Assembly: GCA_963796275.1 (NCBI GenBank)
Contig: CAWCKY010000003.1
Coordinates: 480,001 to 544,000, forward strand
Length of the DNA: 64,000 nucleotides
Source of the DNA: an uncultured Acidobacteriota bacterium
GTDB lineage: Bacteria; Acidobacteriota; Blastocatellia; RBC074
Direction of reading: 5' to 3'
The position numbers and the translations under genes were made by a program. This document shows positions 46,305-56,039 of this stretch, in pieces. Positions within the stretch are counted from its first letter, which is position 1, and the number at the start of each line of letters is the position of its first letter. The notes under the pieces were generated by a model. That model saw only the letters and a list, made by a program, of their open reading frames with translations, was not told the DNA's origin and did not search any database.

Positions 46305-46826
46305 ATGGTTGCGAAGAAACTAACGACTGCGATGAGGAGGGTATCAATGAACATAAAAATGAAAATAAAAGTGAAGAAGATATTGTCAGGGATGAGCGGA
46401 TTAGCGCTTTGTACGGCAATGTGGTTCAGTGCCGGAGCCCAGGTAGTCGATAAAGCGAAGCAGGCCGGGGATAAGACAGTAGATACGACAAAAAAGGCAG
46501 CGGAGAAGACTGCGGATGCCACGGTTAGTGGAGCTCAGAAGGCCAAGAATACTGTTGCGCCGAAGAGCGACGAGGAGATTCAGAAGTGCATCACGGATAA
46601 CCTGGGTGCCTCAGCGAAACTCAAGACCCTCGGTCTCAGTGCCACGGTATCCAATGGAGAAGCGACACTGATGGGCGAAGGCAAGAGTAGTGGGAATAAG
46701 AACGCAGCGGCGAATATCGCCAAGAAATGTGGGGCGAAGAAGGTGACCAACAATATCACCATTCCGAGTCCGCCAGCGACGAAACCGGCTGCTGAGAAGC
46801 AAACGGACCCTAGCAAGAAACCATAG
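46305..46826 (+). CDS. Exported BON-domain protein, copy 2
   Basis: Signal peptide, K/A-rich repeats, SDEEIQKCI...VSNGEATLMG...GAKKVTNNIT; true start probably after the GAGGAGG SD (~46347). Confidence 0.75.
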   Translation: MVAKKLTTAMRRVSMNIKMKIKVKKILSGMSGLALCTAMWFSAGAQVVDKAKQAGDKTVDTTKKAAEKTADATVSGAQKAKNTVAPKSDEEIQKCITDNLGASAKLKTLGLSATVSNGEATLMGEGKSSGNKNAAANIAKKCGAKKVTNNITIPSPPATKPAAEKQTDPSKKP

Positions 46827-46880
46827 GCGACAGGACGCATTGCTGAGAAAAGTCTGATGCGGTTGGCATGGACGGAAATC

Positions 46881-48224
46881 TCATTGTTCCTTTGCGGGGA
46901 TGCGCTTCAGCGCCTTAACGAACTCAGGGTGATCTCGCAGGGCTTCCAGATCAGGATCCTTCTCGAACGATTGGAGGTCGCTAAAGCCTGCGTCGAATGC
47001 GCGTATTACCCATTCCAATGCCTGATCAATTCTGCCGGCGCGGGCGTGAGCGCAAGCTACGTTAAATGCTATATGAGGGCCGCCACCCCGCTCGAGAGAA
47101 AGAACTCCGGCTTCCGCGGAAAGATCATACTGGCCGGCTTCGAAAGCTATTGTTTGCATAAGCGCGTAAAGCCCGGTGGCGTGTTGTGCGAGACGGGGGT
47201 CGGCGATCAACGGCATAGCTTCGGAAAATCGGTGTGCGCCGATCAGGGCGTGGGCATACATCATGCCCATCATCGATGATTGATACGACATGTATACATA
47301 CTCGATCAGGGGCAGTGCGCGGGGCCAATCTTCTGTTTCACAGCTTAACAGGGCTTGTTGTGACGCATCGGGCCCATAGATCGCCTGCAAGCGCACTAAT
47401 TCCTTCTTGGCCTCGTCTAAATTGTTCTCAAGAATAAGGCCCTGCACCAATAACTGCTGCGCGGAACATCTAACTGCGTCGGATCCGGCGGTTTTCAAAA
47501 TCTCCTGTGCCTGTCCGACCACTGCGGCGCCGTCTCTGTTCTTGAACGATAACTGAGCCTGCTCGAGCGGCGGGTGCAACCGCCTGTCGCGATAAGTGTG
47601 AAATCGTCGAAGGAGGGCGGTCAGGTTGATCCAAACGAAAAAGCCCATCAGGATAGCCATAAATAACTGGCTAATTGAGAACGCCCAGAGTGCTATCCCG
47701 GCGGCTACGATGAGAGAGAATGCTGGCGCAACCAGCCCGCCCGTCTTCTTCGACACCAGTTCCTCGATGCTGCCTATGACATGCCCGCCATCCATCGGTA
47801 GCACGGGAAGAAGATTGACGATCCCCCAGAATAGATTGACGATCAGCAGGTCTTCATACACCCTTTGACCGAACTCAGAGTCAATCAGGCCCGGAAAATT
47901 GCTTTTCGTCAGAAAAACCACACCGAAGAAGAGGAATCCAGCGAACGGACCAGCCAGGCTGATTGCGATGTTCTTTTGCGGAGAGATTCTGATGTTGTCA
48001 TTCCAAGAAGTTAGTCCACCCATCGCATAAAGCTGGATCTGCGGTGAGAGGCCGAACTGCCGGCAGGCGAGGGCGTGACCGAGTTCGTGGATGAGGATGG
48101 AGATAAAAACCACAAACATCCACTCGACTAAAAGCACCGGATTATTGAGCCGGTTGCTTGCGAATATCGCTCCGACCAACAGAAAACTGAAATCGACTTT
48201 TACCGGGATGCCGAAGACCTTCAT
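46881..48224 (-). CDS. M50 site-2 protease with C-terminal TPR region
   Basis: FGIPVKV, HELGH, LAGP, NLLPVLPMDGG; C-terminal FNVACAHARAG...DPDLEALR. Confidence 0.85.
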   Translation of the reverse strand: MKVFGIPVKVDFSFLLVGAIFASNRLNNPVLLVEWMFVVFISILIHELGHALACRQFGLSPQIQLYAMGGLTSWNDNIRISPQKNIAISLAGPFAGFLFFGVVFLTKSNFPGLIDSEFGQRVYEDLLIVNLFWGIVNLLPVLPMDGGHVIGSIEELVSKKTGGLVAPAFSLIVAAGIALWAFSISQLFMAILMGFFVWINLTALLRRFHTYRDRRLHPPLEQAQLSFKNRDGAAVVGQAQEILKTAGSDAVRCSAQQLLVQGLILENNLDEAKKELVRLQAIYGPDASQQALLSCETEDWPRALPLIEYVYMSYQSSMMGMMYAHALIGAHRFSEAMPLIADPRLAQHATGLYALMQTIAFEAGQYDLSAEAGVLSLERGGGPHIAFNVACAHARAGRIDQALEWVIRAFDAGFSDLQSFEKDPDLEALRDHPEFVKALKRIPAKEQ

Positions 48225-48439
48225 TTTGATCTAACTCCTACGTTCAATATTATCGCCGTTAATCTTATTCAGACTTTTGAAAAACACAACTTTGGATCAT
48301 GAGTGTTTGCCCATCTGCTGAGTTGATGGTAAAAATTACTGACGCGAGAATGCAGGAGACCGGGAAAACCTCCCTGAAGGTCCTGCCGTTCAACTCTTCC
48401 TCTTCCGAGAGGACCCATCTCAACAAGGAGACTTTTTCT

Positions 48440-48811
48440 ATGAAATATAGCATTGCGGTTCTTGCTGCCTGTATCGCTCTATCTGGATTATCGATAGCCT
48501 ATGCATCTGATGTAACGGGGAAATGGGTCGCCCAGGTTACCGGGCGCAATGGCCAGACCCGCGAGGTGACCATCACCCTCAAGGCTGAGGGTGAAAAGCT
48601 CACGGGAACCGTTTCCGGGCGACAGGGTGACAACCAGATCTCCGACGGCAACATCAAAGGCGACGACCTTTCATTTACGGTGACACAAAATGTACAGGGC
48701 AACGAGGTGAAGGTCACCTATAAGGGGAAAGTAAGCGGTGACGAGATCAAGTTTACTCGTACCATCGGGGACCGTCCTCCGGTTGATTTCACGGCAAAAA
48801 GGGCGAAATGA
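48440..48811 (+). CDS. Small exported beta-rich protein of unknown function
   Basis: AAGGAG SD before ATG at 48440; signal peptide ...AYA-SDVTGKW; LKAEGEKLTG; FTAKR C-terminus. Confidence 0.7.
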   Translation: MKYSIAVLAACIALSGLSIAYASDVTGKWVAQVTGRNGQTREVTITLKAEGEKLTGTVSGRQGDNQISDGNIKGDDLSFTVTQNVQGNEVKVTYKGKVSGDEIKFTRTIGDRPPVDFTAKRAK

Positions 48812-49009
48812 ATTTCCGCAGCCAGGTACAACTTTTTCATGTGAGGCCGCTCATGAGAAGATAGCGGGAAAATGGGAAATAGATGGGATTTGTCAGGATT
48901 TATCGGACCGATGAAATCTTGATTAAACCTGTAAATCCTATCTATTTATATCTTTTATTTTCCAGGGTTCTTTTACTGGTTTCTTTCAGAGGATAAGGAG
49001 GAGCGAGAT

Positions 49010-50189
49010 ATGAATTTGATCGGCCGGGTTTCTTACCTTTTAATCCTCGCAGTAATACTAATCGCCAATGCGGCAAATGCCTCCGGTCAATCTCCTGCGG
49101 GTGTGGGAGCAGGCGCGACAGCAGAGGGGCTTTCGGCCGCGGAATTTGCACGCCTCAACCAAGATATATCCGAAGAGGGCGGATACTTTCGCTCGGATAA
49201 TTTCACTTCCAACGAAACCCCCTACCTGCACGTGGTTGATAAGTTGAAGAAACTCGGCGCAAATGGTGGTGCCTACATCGGCGTCGGACCGGAGCAGAAT
49301 TTTACATATATTGCGAAGGTCCGGCCCCGCATCGCTTTCATTGTGGACATCCGCCGCCAGGCAATGATCCAGCATTTGATGTACAAGGCGGTCTTCCATC
49401 TATCATCCAACCGCGTTCAGTTCCTTTCCCGGCTTCTGAGCAAACCATTGCCTTCTCCGCCCAAAGAAAAAGGCGTATCGCCCAACATATCACCAAATTC
49501 CCCGCTCGACGATCTATTGAACTTTTTCATCGCGACTCCGGGAGACGACCAGGCCTTTGCCACCAATCTGGCCGCGGTCCGCAAAGCGATCAAGGATGAT
49601 TTTCTGATAAATCTTTCCGAAGAGGATCAGAAAAGCCTGGAATATGTCTATAAATCCTTTCGTACGGAGGGATTGGATATCGCATTCCGGATGGACGGAT
49701 CGCGGGGCGGATATTTTCCCACTCTGAAGGACCTGATAGTTCAGACGGACCTCAACGGAAAGCCGGGCAACTTTCTGGCAGGGCCGGAGGATTATGAATT
49801 CGTACGCGGGCATGCACTTGAAAAATCTGATCATCCCGGTCGTGGGGGACTTCGCGGGAAAGAAGGCGATTGCGGCGGTCGGTGAGTACCTGAGGAAGAG
49901 CGGGTTCACGGTGACAGCGTTCTACACTTCGAATGTCGAGCAATATCTCTTCGAGAGCGAATCGTTCGCAGCTTTTGCAAATAATATAAGAAAACTGCCT
50001 ATCAACGATCGAAGCCTCTTCATCCGGTCAGCCTCCGGACGTTACTCGCATCCGGCGCGCCTGCCGGGGCACAGGTCGGCCACTTTATTGCAGCAGATCA
50101 CCGTATTTTTGAAGGATTTTGACGATGGCAGGTATCAAAATTACTTTGACCTGATCATGACCAACTACATTTCGGCTGAGAAGCAGTAG
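49010..50189 (+). CDS. Conserved-looking exported hypothetical protein; +1 frameshift at ~49809
   Basis: Signal peptide; SEEGGYFRSDNFTSNE, GAYIGVGPEQNFTYI, DIRR; removing one G at 49808-49810 joins it to MHLKNLIIPVVGDFAG...FYTSNVEQYL. Confidence 0.7.
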
Positions 50190-50200
50190 ACAAACAAAGA

Positions 50201-50287
50201 TTCAGCACGAAAAGCAAGAAACTACAAAAGCCACATAAGGAAGAGATTCTTATGTGGCTTCTGTAGTTTCTTGTTTTTCGTGCTGAA
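50201..50287. repeat. Long inverted repeat (39-bp arms), possible terminator or palindromic element
   Basis: 50201-50239 versus 50249-50287, 37 of 39 positions complementary. Confidence 0.8.
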
Positions 50288-50483
50288 ATACTACGGTCCT
50301 ATCGGTTGCAGTTCAAACCATATTTTGACATTGGAACCGATGACAATGAGCTTGTCGCCTTCGCGCACGATAGTGAAAACATCGCCCTGCCCGAGGTTGC
50401 TCCCGCTACGAAAGGGCGGACATTAATGGATAAATTTCGCGGCTCTGAGGCGCTTTTGATACTGGTGGCGAACCTGTTTAGCC

Positions 50484-50708
50484 CGGCCAGGGAATGTGCC
50501 TGGCTCTTTGCGGTATTGGATTGGGCTTGCTGGCCGCTTATGGTTTTACCCGAGTTTGACCGGTTTATTGTTTGGCGTGAGGGCCGCCGATCCAATGACT
50601 TTTATTGCTACTCCCTTGTTACCGGCGGTGGTGGCAATGCCAGCGTGCTTCTTGCCAGCGCGACGAGCAACGAAGGTATATCCGCTTGTGGCGATGCGGC
50701 ACGGATGA
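50484..50708 (+). pseudogene. C-terminal fragment of an ADOP/MacB-FtsX-type permease
   Basis: GQGMCLALCGIGLGLLAAYGFTRV, frameshift, then LTGLLFGVRAADPMTF...ACFLPARRATKVYPLVAMR. Confidence 0.7.
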
Positions 50709-50791
50709 ATCCGGCTCAATAAGGTTAAAACGGCATCTGGGAGTGAGCGTAGAAAATCGCCGGAATATCTGACCATTCGAGACTCGCCGTG

Positions 50792-51907
50792 CTATTTTAA
50801 AATCATGCGCTCGATCAGCCAATAGCCGCCGGCCAGGGCGACTAGTATCGAACAGGCTGGGACATAACTGATGACGAATCGCCGTCGTTGGCGGAGCTTC
50901 CAGATCAGAGGCAGGACGAGCGCAGCCACCGCGATCTGACCGATCTCGACGCCGAGATTGAACGAGAGCAGCGGCCCGACCGCTTTGACCCCTGCCCCGA
51001 CGCCCAGCTCTCTCAGAGCCGAAGCGAAGCCGAAGCCATGAACGAGGCCGAATGCGAACGTCAACAGCCAACGGCGTTCGATCTTGCGGCGCAAGATGTT
51101 CTCGAGACCGACATAGATGATCGAAGCGGCTATCAGTGGCTCGACGACGCTCGCCGGAATGACGATCACTTCAAGAGTGGCCAGCGCCAGGGTGATCGAA
51201 TGCGCGACCGTGAACGAGGTGATTATTTTAGCGGCCTCCCGCAGCGTCCCGCCCGCGATCAAAAGCGCAAACAGAAAAGCCAGATGATCGAAACCCAGCA
51301 GGATGTGTTCGATGCCAAGCGTTAAGAACCCCCAGAAAGCGCGTGGCCGCGCTTGGGAACTGAGAAACGCGGCCAGATCGCATTCCAAGGAATTGCCCGC
51401 TGCATCGAGCATCCGCTGCGCTTGAGGGTTTCCTCCCGCGTCCCGCAGCGCCAGGAACTGACGATGTCCGCGCGGGAGTTTATCGATCAGAAGAGAACGC
51501 AGCGTGAGTCTCGATCCTGGTAAGATCGTGAACTCCAGGTCGAAATGAACCGCGTCGCTTTCACTGAGGCTGACCGCGACCGTCATCGGCGAGACATCAC
51601 GGTCGTCGATGATAAGGGCGAACGATTCTTTAGCAAGAGATTCGATATGGGAGCGAACCGCATCGAACTCCGGTTGAGTGATCAGCCCGTCACGGTCAGC
51701 GTCCATGGGCGCGATCGTCGCGATATCGCCGCGTGCGAATGTCAGCCGCGCGACCGCTTTATTTCCGTCAAGCTTAATTTCGGCGGTGCTCAGCCCAGGA
51801 TCATGCGCTAAGGCGGAGGTTGCCGCCAGCATCATCAAAACCAGCGGCAACCAGATTGTATGCCAGGAGCGCAAGAACCGATCTGCGTGATTCAGCTCGT
51901 CGAACAT
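50792..51907 (-). CDS. HupE/UreJ family protein with N-terminal exported domain
   Basis: ALA-HD signal cleavage; GIEHILLGFDHLAFL, FTVAHSITL, FGLVHGFGFA, FNLGVEIGQ; start trimmed to ATG at 51907. Confidence 0.85.
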   Translation of the reverse strand: MFDELNHADRFLRSWHTIWLPLVLMMLAATSALAHDPGLSTAEIKLDGNKAVARLTFARGDIATIAPMDADRDGLITQPEFDAVRSHIESLAKESFALIIDDRDVSPMTVAVSLSESDAVHFDLEFTILPGSRLTLRSLLIDKLPRGHRQFLALRDAGGNPQAQRMLDAAGNSLECDLAAFLSSQARPRAFWGFLTLGIEHILLGFDHLAFLFALLIAGGTLREAAKIITSFTVAHSITLALATLEVIVIPASVVEPLIAASIIYVGLENILRRKIERRWLLTFAFGLVHGFGFASALRELGVGAGVKAVGPLLSFNLGVEIGQIAVAALVLPLIWKLRQRRRFVISYVPACSILVALAGGYWLIERMILK

Positions 51908-51911
51908 CCTC

Positions 51912-53504
51912 TTATTGGGAGAAACCGACGATCTTGCGACCGTTTTGCGGGGTCGATTCATAGGGGAAGACTTTGTTGAAGCCCAACTCATTGCCGGTCA
52001 CGCCATCGTAATTCCCACTGAAGGGATCATTGATCTTAAGATTGGCGGGATCGCGCAGATCGCTGAGCAACGCGATGATCGCGATATCAACCACGTCGTC
52101 GCCAAAGCGTCGCCCGTTCGGCCATCCGCCGGGCACGAAGAATTTGCCCGCGGGCATTCCGAGGAACTGGCTCGGTAGACGGAACGGGTGCCCGTCGGCT
52201 TGGCTCTCCAATATATCCCCGCCGAAGATACTCAGGCGGGAGAAGCCCGTATCATCAGGGTTGGATGCATCGCCAGCTCCATTGCCGGCAAGACGAACCG
52301 GGTCGGTCGAGAGATCGACCTTGATCAGGTCGGGAATGAAGATATTCCTGATGTCGGTGCGCCCCGTCGGAATCGCCAGTTGCTGTCCCCCGCCGATCAG
52401 CAGGTTGATCAATCTGGCCAGTTCGGGATTCTCGGCGTATTTGCGGAATATCTTGCCGTCAACGTCCGGCAGCGTGCGGCTGTAAATGTCTTTGTCTTCC
52501 AGCGCGACAAGCCCTTCATTGAAGAGAGGATTCCCCTGGCGTGCCACCTGCTTATATAAGAAGGAGTCGCGGAAGAGGTCGAGCAGGTCGTGACCGCGGC
52601 CGTGATCTTTATCCTTATCTTTGTCGTGATCTTTATCTTTATAATCGTTTATCACGGGAAACACTCGACGACTCGTGGTCGCGAATACGCCGACCGTCTG
52701 TTGATCGCCACCTAGCTCGCTGAGCGGGACGCGGAGGGACATCATGTGTATGTTGAATCCACCTTGCGAGTCTTTGCCCGGATTACGCAGCTTGAGCAGG
52801 TCGAAGATCGATTGCACATCGGCGTAGAAGCCGTCATCGCGCTGTCCTGCAAACGCCGTATAGCCCTTGGAAAAAGCGAAGATCGATTGCCGGGTATATT
52901 TATCCAGTTCATCTGCCGTCGCGACGCCTTTGCGCGCAGGGTTTTCGCCGTTGTTGCCTTCATTGTAAAAAGGGGTGGCGTTGCCCTGGTTGTTCGGCGG
53001 AACGATTCCCTCGCCGATCGTCGTCGTCCGATCTGTGCGGTTGTCAATCTTCTTTACAGTGTAGAATTGTGTCAGATTCTGGTTGGCGTCGTTGACATCA
53101 TTGATGACACCGAGAAAGGACTGGAGTATCGTCTTGCTGTTTTTAAACACGGTCTTGAACTCGAACCGGTAAGTAACGGTCGGGCGTCCGGCGGCGAGGT
53201 CGCGACCGAGTGCAACGTGCAGGTCGTAGCGCACATTGTCATCGAAGTTGTATTTGTTGGGGCCGACACCGGGATTCTCGTGCGGGTAGACGCTGAGCGC
53301 GAGTGTCAGATACTTATTGCTGTTCTCATCGGAACTGACGAACCCGTAAACGTCTGTCGTGTTGGCCGACGGATCGTTAGTTATCAAAGGCGCATCCATG
53401 TGGCTGGAAGCGAGTGCTGGAACCGATAGCGTCGGCGCGAATCCCATCAAAGCAACGAGTGACAAAGCCAGCGCGCGACGCAGTCTGAAAGGAATTATAT
53501 TCAT
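51912..53504 (-). CDS. DUF4331 domain protein
   Basis: ASSHMDAP, TDVYGF, FAGQRDDGFYAD, QVARQGNPLFNE, WPNGRRFGDDVVD, FPY. Confidence 0.85.
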   Translation of the reverse strand: MNIIPFRLRRALALSLVALMGFAPTLSVPALASSHMDAPLITNDPSANTTDVYGFVSSDENSNKYLTLALSVYPHENPGVGPNKYNFDDNVRYDLHVALGRDLAAGRPTVTYRFEFKTVFKNSKTILQSFLGVINDVNDANQNLTQFYTVKKIDNRTDRTTTIGEGIVPPNNQGNATPFYNEGNNGENPARKGVATADELDKYTRQSIFAFSKGYTAFAGQRDDGFYADVQSIFDLLKLRNPGKDSQGGFNIHMMSLRVPLSELGGDQQTVGVFATTSRRVFPVINDYKDKDHDKDKDKDHGRGHDLLDLFRDSFLYKQVARQGNPLFNEGLVALEDKDIYSRTLPDVDGKIFRKYAENPELARLINLLIGGGQQLAIPTGRTDIRNIFIPDLIKVDLSTDPVRLAGNGAGDASNPDDTGFSRLSIFGGDILESQADGHPFRLPSQFLGMPAGKFFVPGGWPNGRRFGDDVVDIAIIALLSDLRDPANLKINDPFSGNYDGVTGNELGFNKVFPYESTPQNGRKIVGFSQ

Positions 53505-53529
53505 ACTTTATTCTCCTCCTGGAAATGCC

Positions 53530-53604
53530 CGACAAACTGCCAGCTTGTCGATGGATTTGTGAGTCGCCCTCTTTCGGCAGTAACGACAAGCTGGCAGCTT
53601 GCCG
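53530..53604. repeat. Inverted pair of REP-like palindromes
   Basis: CGACAAACTGCCAGCTTGTCG (53530) and CGACAAGCTGGCAGCTTGCCG (53584). Confidence 0.65.
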
Positions 53605-53721
53605 TACGGTCCACGCCGCGCTTTTCATTATTCAGGGCACAGCGCAAAGTCATGAACGACTACTCTCTTCGGCGATACATGGGTTGGAGATTCATCAATC
53701 TTCATTCTCCCACACAGCAGC

Positions 53722-55062
53722 TTAAACACGTTTCAGTTGCTCGAGCTGAATCCTTTCGCCTGGCAGCAACGAGAATACTGACCTCGCCGCCTTTCCGGCG
53801 TAAATCCTCGCCCGCGCGGTTTCGCCAGCCTGTGCGGAGATCGCGGCGGCATGCAGGTAGAGCCGCGCATCTACCGTACCCAGGGCCAGAGCCGATTGCA
53901 TCGTCTTCCAGGCTTCGGCCGCGTCTCCTTTGGCGTGCTGCGCCCAGGCCAGCGCGTCAAGCGTGTAAACGTCGCGGCGGACTTTAAGCTCTTCTTCCGC
54001 GAGCCGGAGCGCGACATCGGTCTGTTGGCCTCGAGTCGCGAGGAAGAGCGAATAGGAGCGCGGATCGTTCGCCTCGCCTGTCGCGACGATCTGCCGCTCG
54101 ACCTTTGCTGCGTCGTCCTCACGGTTAGCGGCGCGCAGCGCGTCGGCCAGCGCCCATTGATACTCAGGCAGCGGGTTGAGCCGAGCAGCGCGTTCGAGCG
54201 CGGAGGCGGCTTCGCTGTTCCTGTTTTCGGCAAGCAGGATGCGCCCGCTGGCGAGCAGCGCAGGGGGATAATCGGCCAGCGTCCGCAAGGCTTCGTCGCA
54301 GACCGCGTGGGCGCGTTTCATCTCGCCGGATTGCAGTTCATATATCGCGAGCTTGCTCCATGCCCACGCCGCCGATTCGGGGTCGCCCTGTCCGGCGGCC
54401 TGGGCCGACATCAGCATCAGAGCGCGAGCTCCCTCGGTGTCGCCTTTCAACCATCGCACGTGCGCGGCGCGGCCATAGGCCTGCGGCCCGGGCCGCATCT
54501 CCATCATCTTTTGATAGGCCTGCACCGCCTCATCCGTCTTGCCTTGTTCGATCAAGGCATCGCCGAGCAGTCCGAAGTCGTAAGCCAGCCCGCGCATATC
54601 GACCAATTCCCGCGCTATCTTTTCGACCTCGCCGAAACGATGCAGATTGTGCAGCACATGGCCGCGCAACAGCAGGGCGGCCGAGCGTATCGATTGGGGC
54701 GTCGAGAGCGGCTGGTCGTCCGATTGGTCGGGCGATTTGGTTTCGGACTGCCTGGATTCGAGGCAGTGAGCGGACTGCTCGGCCAGTTTGTAGAAGCCGG
54801 AGTCGAAGCTCTGGCGGGCCTTCTGGACGAAGCTCCAACCGAGCTTTTCGATCATTGCATTGCTCTGAAATGGTTTGGCGTTCGAGCGAATCTCCTGTTG
54901 GAGTCGCGTGATCTCCTGATCGATTTTCGCGTCGCCCGAATGTGCAGCGAGCGCGATCTCGCAAGGAGAGGCCTTGGCTGGCGCGCCAACCAAAACCCGC
55001 CGGCAAGCGGTCGACGCGATCAACGAGGCAGAGATCAAGATGATAGAAATAAATCGGTGCAT
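53722..55062 (-). CDS. TPR protein, probable lipoprotein
   Basis: STA-C lipobox-like motif; TPR helices; RRDVYTLDALAWA motif. Confidence 0.8.
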   Translation of the reverse strand: MHRFISIILISASLIASTACRRVLVGAPAKASPCEIALAAHSGDAKIDQEITRLQQEIRSNAKPFQSNAMIEKLGWSFVQKARQSFDSGFYKLAEQSAHCLESRQSETKSPDQSDDQPLSTPQSIRSAALLLRGHVLHNLHRFGEVEKIARELVDMRGLAYDFGLLGDALIEQGKTDEAVQAYQKMMEMRPGPQAYGRAAHVRWLKGDTEGARALMLMSAQAAGQGDPESAAWAWSKLAIYELQSGEMKRAHAVCDEALRTLADYPPALLASGRILLAENRNSEAASALERAARLNPLPEYQWALADALRAANREDDAAKVERQIVATGEANDPRSYSLFLATRGQQTDVALRLAEEELKVRRDVYTLDALAWAQHAKGDAAEAWKTMQSALALGTVDARLYLHAAAISAQAGETARARIYAGKAARSVFSLLPGERIQLEQLKRV

Positions 55063-55194
55063 TTGATTTTAAATGACGAAAATCTCGTTCCCGGAAGACT
55101 CAAACTTCGTCATTTCGAGTCTCGTGTGAGGTGTGAAACAAGGGTATCAACGTGTTAGTTATCTGAGTTTATTGCATGGCGTTTCGTCTGACTC

Positions 55195-55221
55195 TACGGA
55201 GGAGTGTTAATTGTTGGATTT
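55195..55221 (-). promoter_or_regulatory. Putative ECF-sigma (SigK-like) promoter for the TPR-DUF4331-HupE operon
   Basis: Minus strand AAATCC-N16-CCGTA about 130 bp upstream of the TPR start codon. Confidence 0.4.
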
Positions 55222-55370
55222 GTGAATGGGAGAAAAGCCGATTTTAGCGTGGCTGATGGGATAGAGGCCTACCCACTGAAATTCCGCGATATTGAGGCTA
55301 AGTTGTGGGAGACGATTTGGGGAATGATGGAGATGTACAGGATCGACTTCCCGTAATTTATTGAGGAAGA

Positions 55371-55422
55371 TTGACTCTTCAGGTAGAAATCGAACCTACA
55401 CCTTCGGTTACACATATCCTTA
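55371..55422 (-). mobile_element. Degenerate duplicate of the tRNA-Asn 3' half (decayed att site)
   Basis: TTGACTCTTCAGGTAGAAATCGAACCTACA matches TTGGCTCCTCAGGTAGGACTCGAACCTACA (55761) at 26/30 and continues with gaps to the anticodon loop. Confidence 0.7.
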
Positions 55423-55758
55423 TGCTCTCACATCAGAAATATCGCTAAATAAATATCGCTAAATGAAGATATTCGCTTAACCAAGCTGCACAGGTGTTTA
55501 CTAACCATTTTTAGGGAGGGAGCTTAGCTGCCTCATTAAAGATAAGATAATGTCAGCCATGAGTCAATCAATATTGGGATCAAGGAGAGGGTAATATAAA
55601 ATCCGCTCCGCCTAACAGGCTCAGTCCGAGCTTCAAAATTTCTAGCGGGCGCATGATCACATCCTACCGGCAATCCACAACTATCACACTGATGCCAACG
55701 TTGGCTCAATGTGCAGAAAATGATTTTGAATTGAGGGGGGTGGCCAAGTTACAGAAAA

Positions 55759-55844
<86 letters not shown>

Positions 55845-55861
55845 GTCAAAATGTAATTCAG

Positions 55862-55934
<73 letters not shown>

Positions 55935-55949
55935 TCGAAACAAGCGTGG

Positions 55950-55978
55950 ATATTAACCACTGGTTCGCGCGCTGTCAA
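55950..55978 (-). promoter_or_regulatory. Sigma-70 promoter of the tRNA pair
   Basis: Minus strand TTGACA-N17-TAATAT just upstream of tRNA-Ala. Confidence 0.7.
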
Positions 55979-56039
55979 GGCACGTAACCGATTTGCCGAC
56001 TCTCTTGATTCAAGCACAATTGCGGTATATTGAGACGAT

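Noticed and set aside
46881-48224. M50 protease as the dedicated site-2 protease of the CHAT/anti-sigma system
   Set aside because: About 28 kb away with no linkage evidence; possible but unsupported.
52588-52648. Engineered FLAG tag (DYKD...)
   Set aside because: Internal, not DYKDDDDK, and explained by natural low-complexity repeats; no vector sequence.
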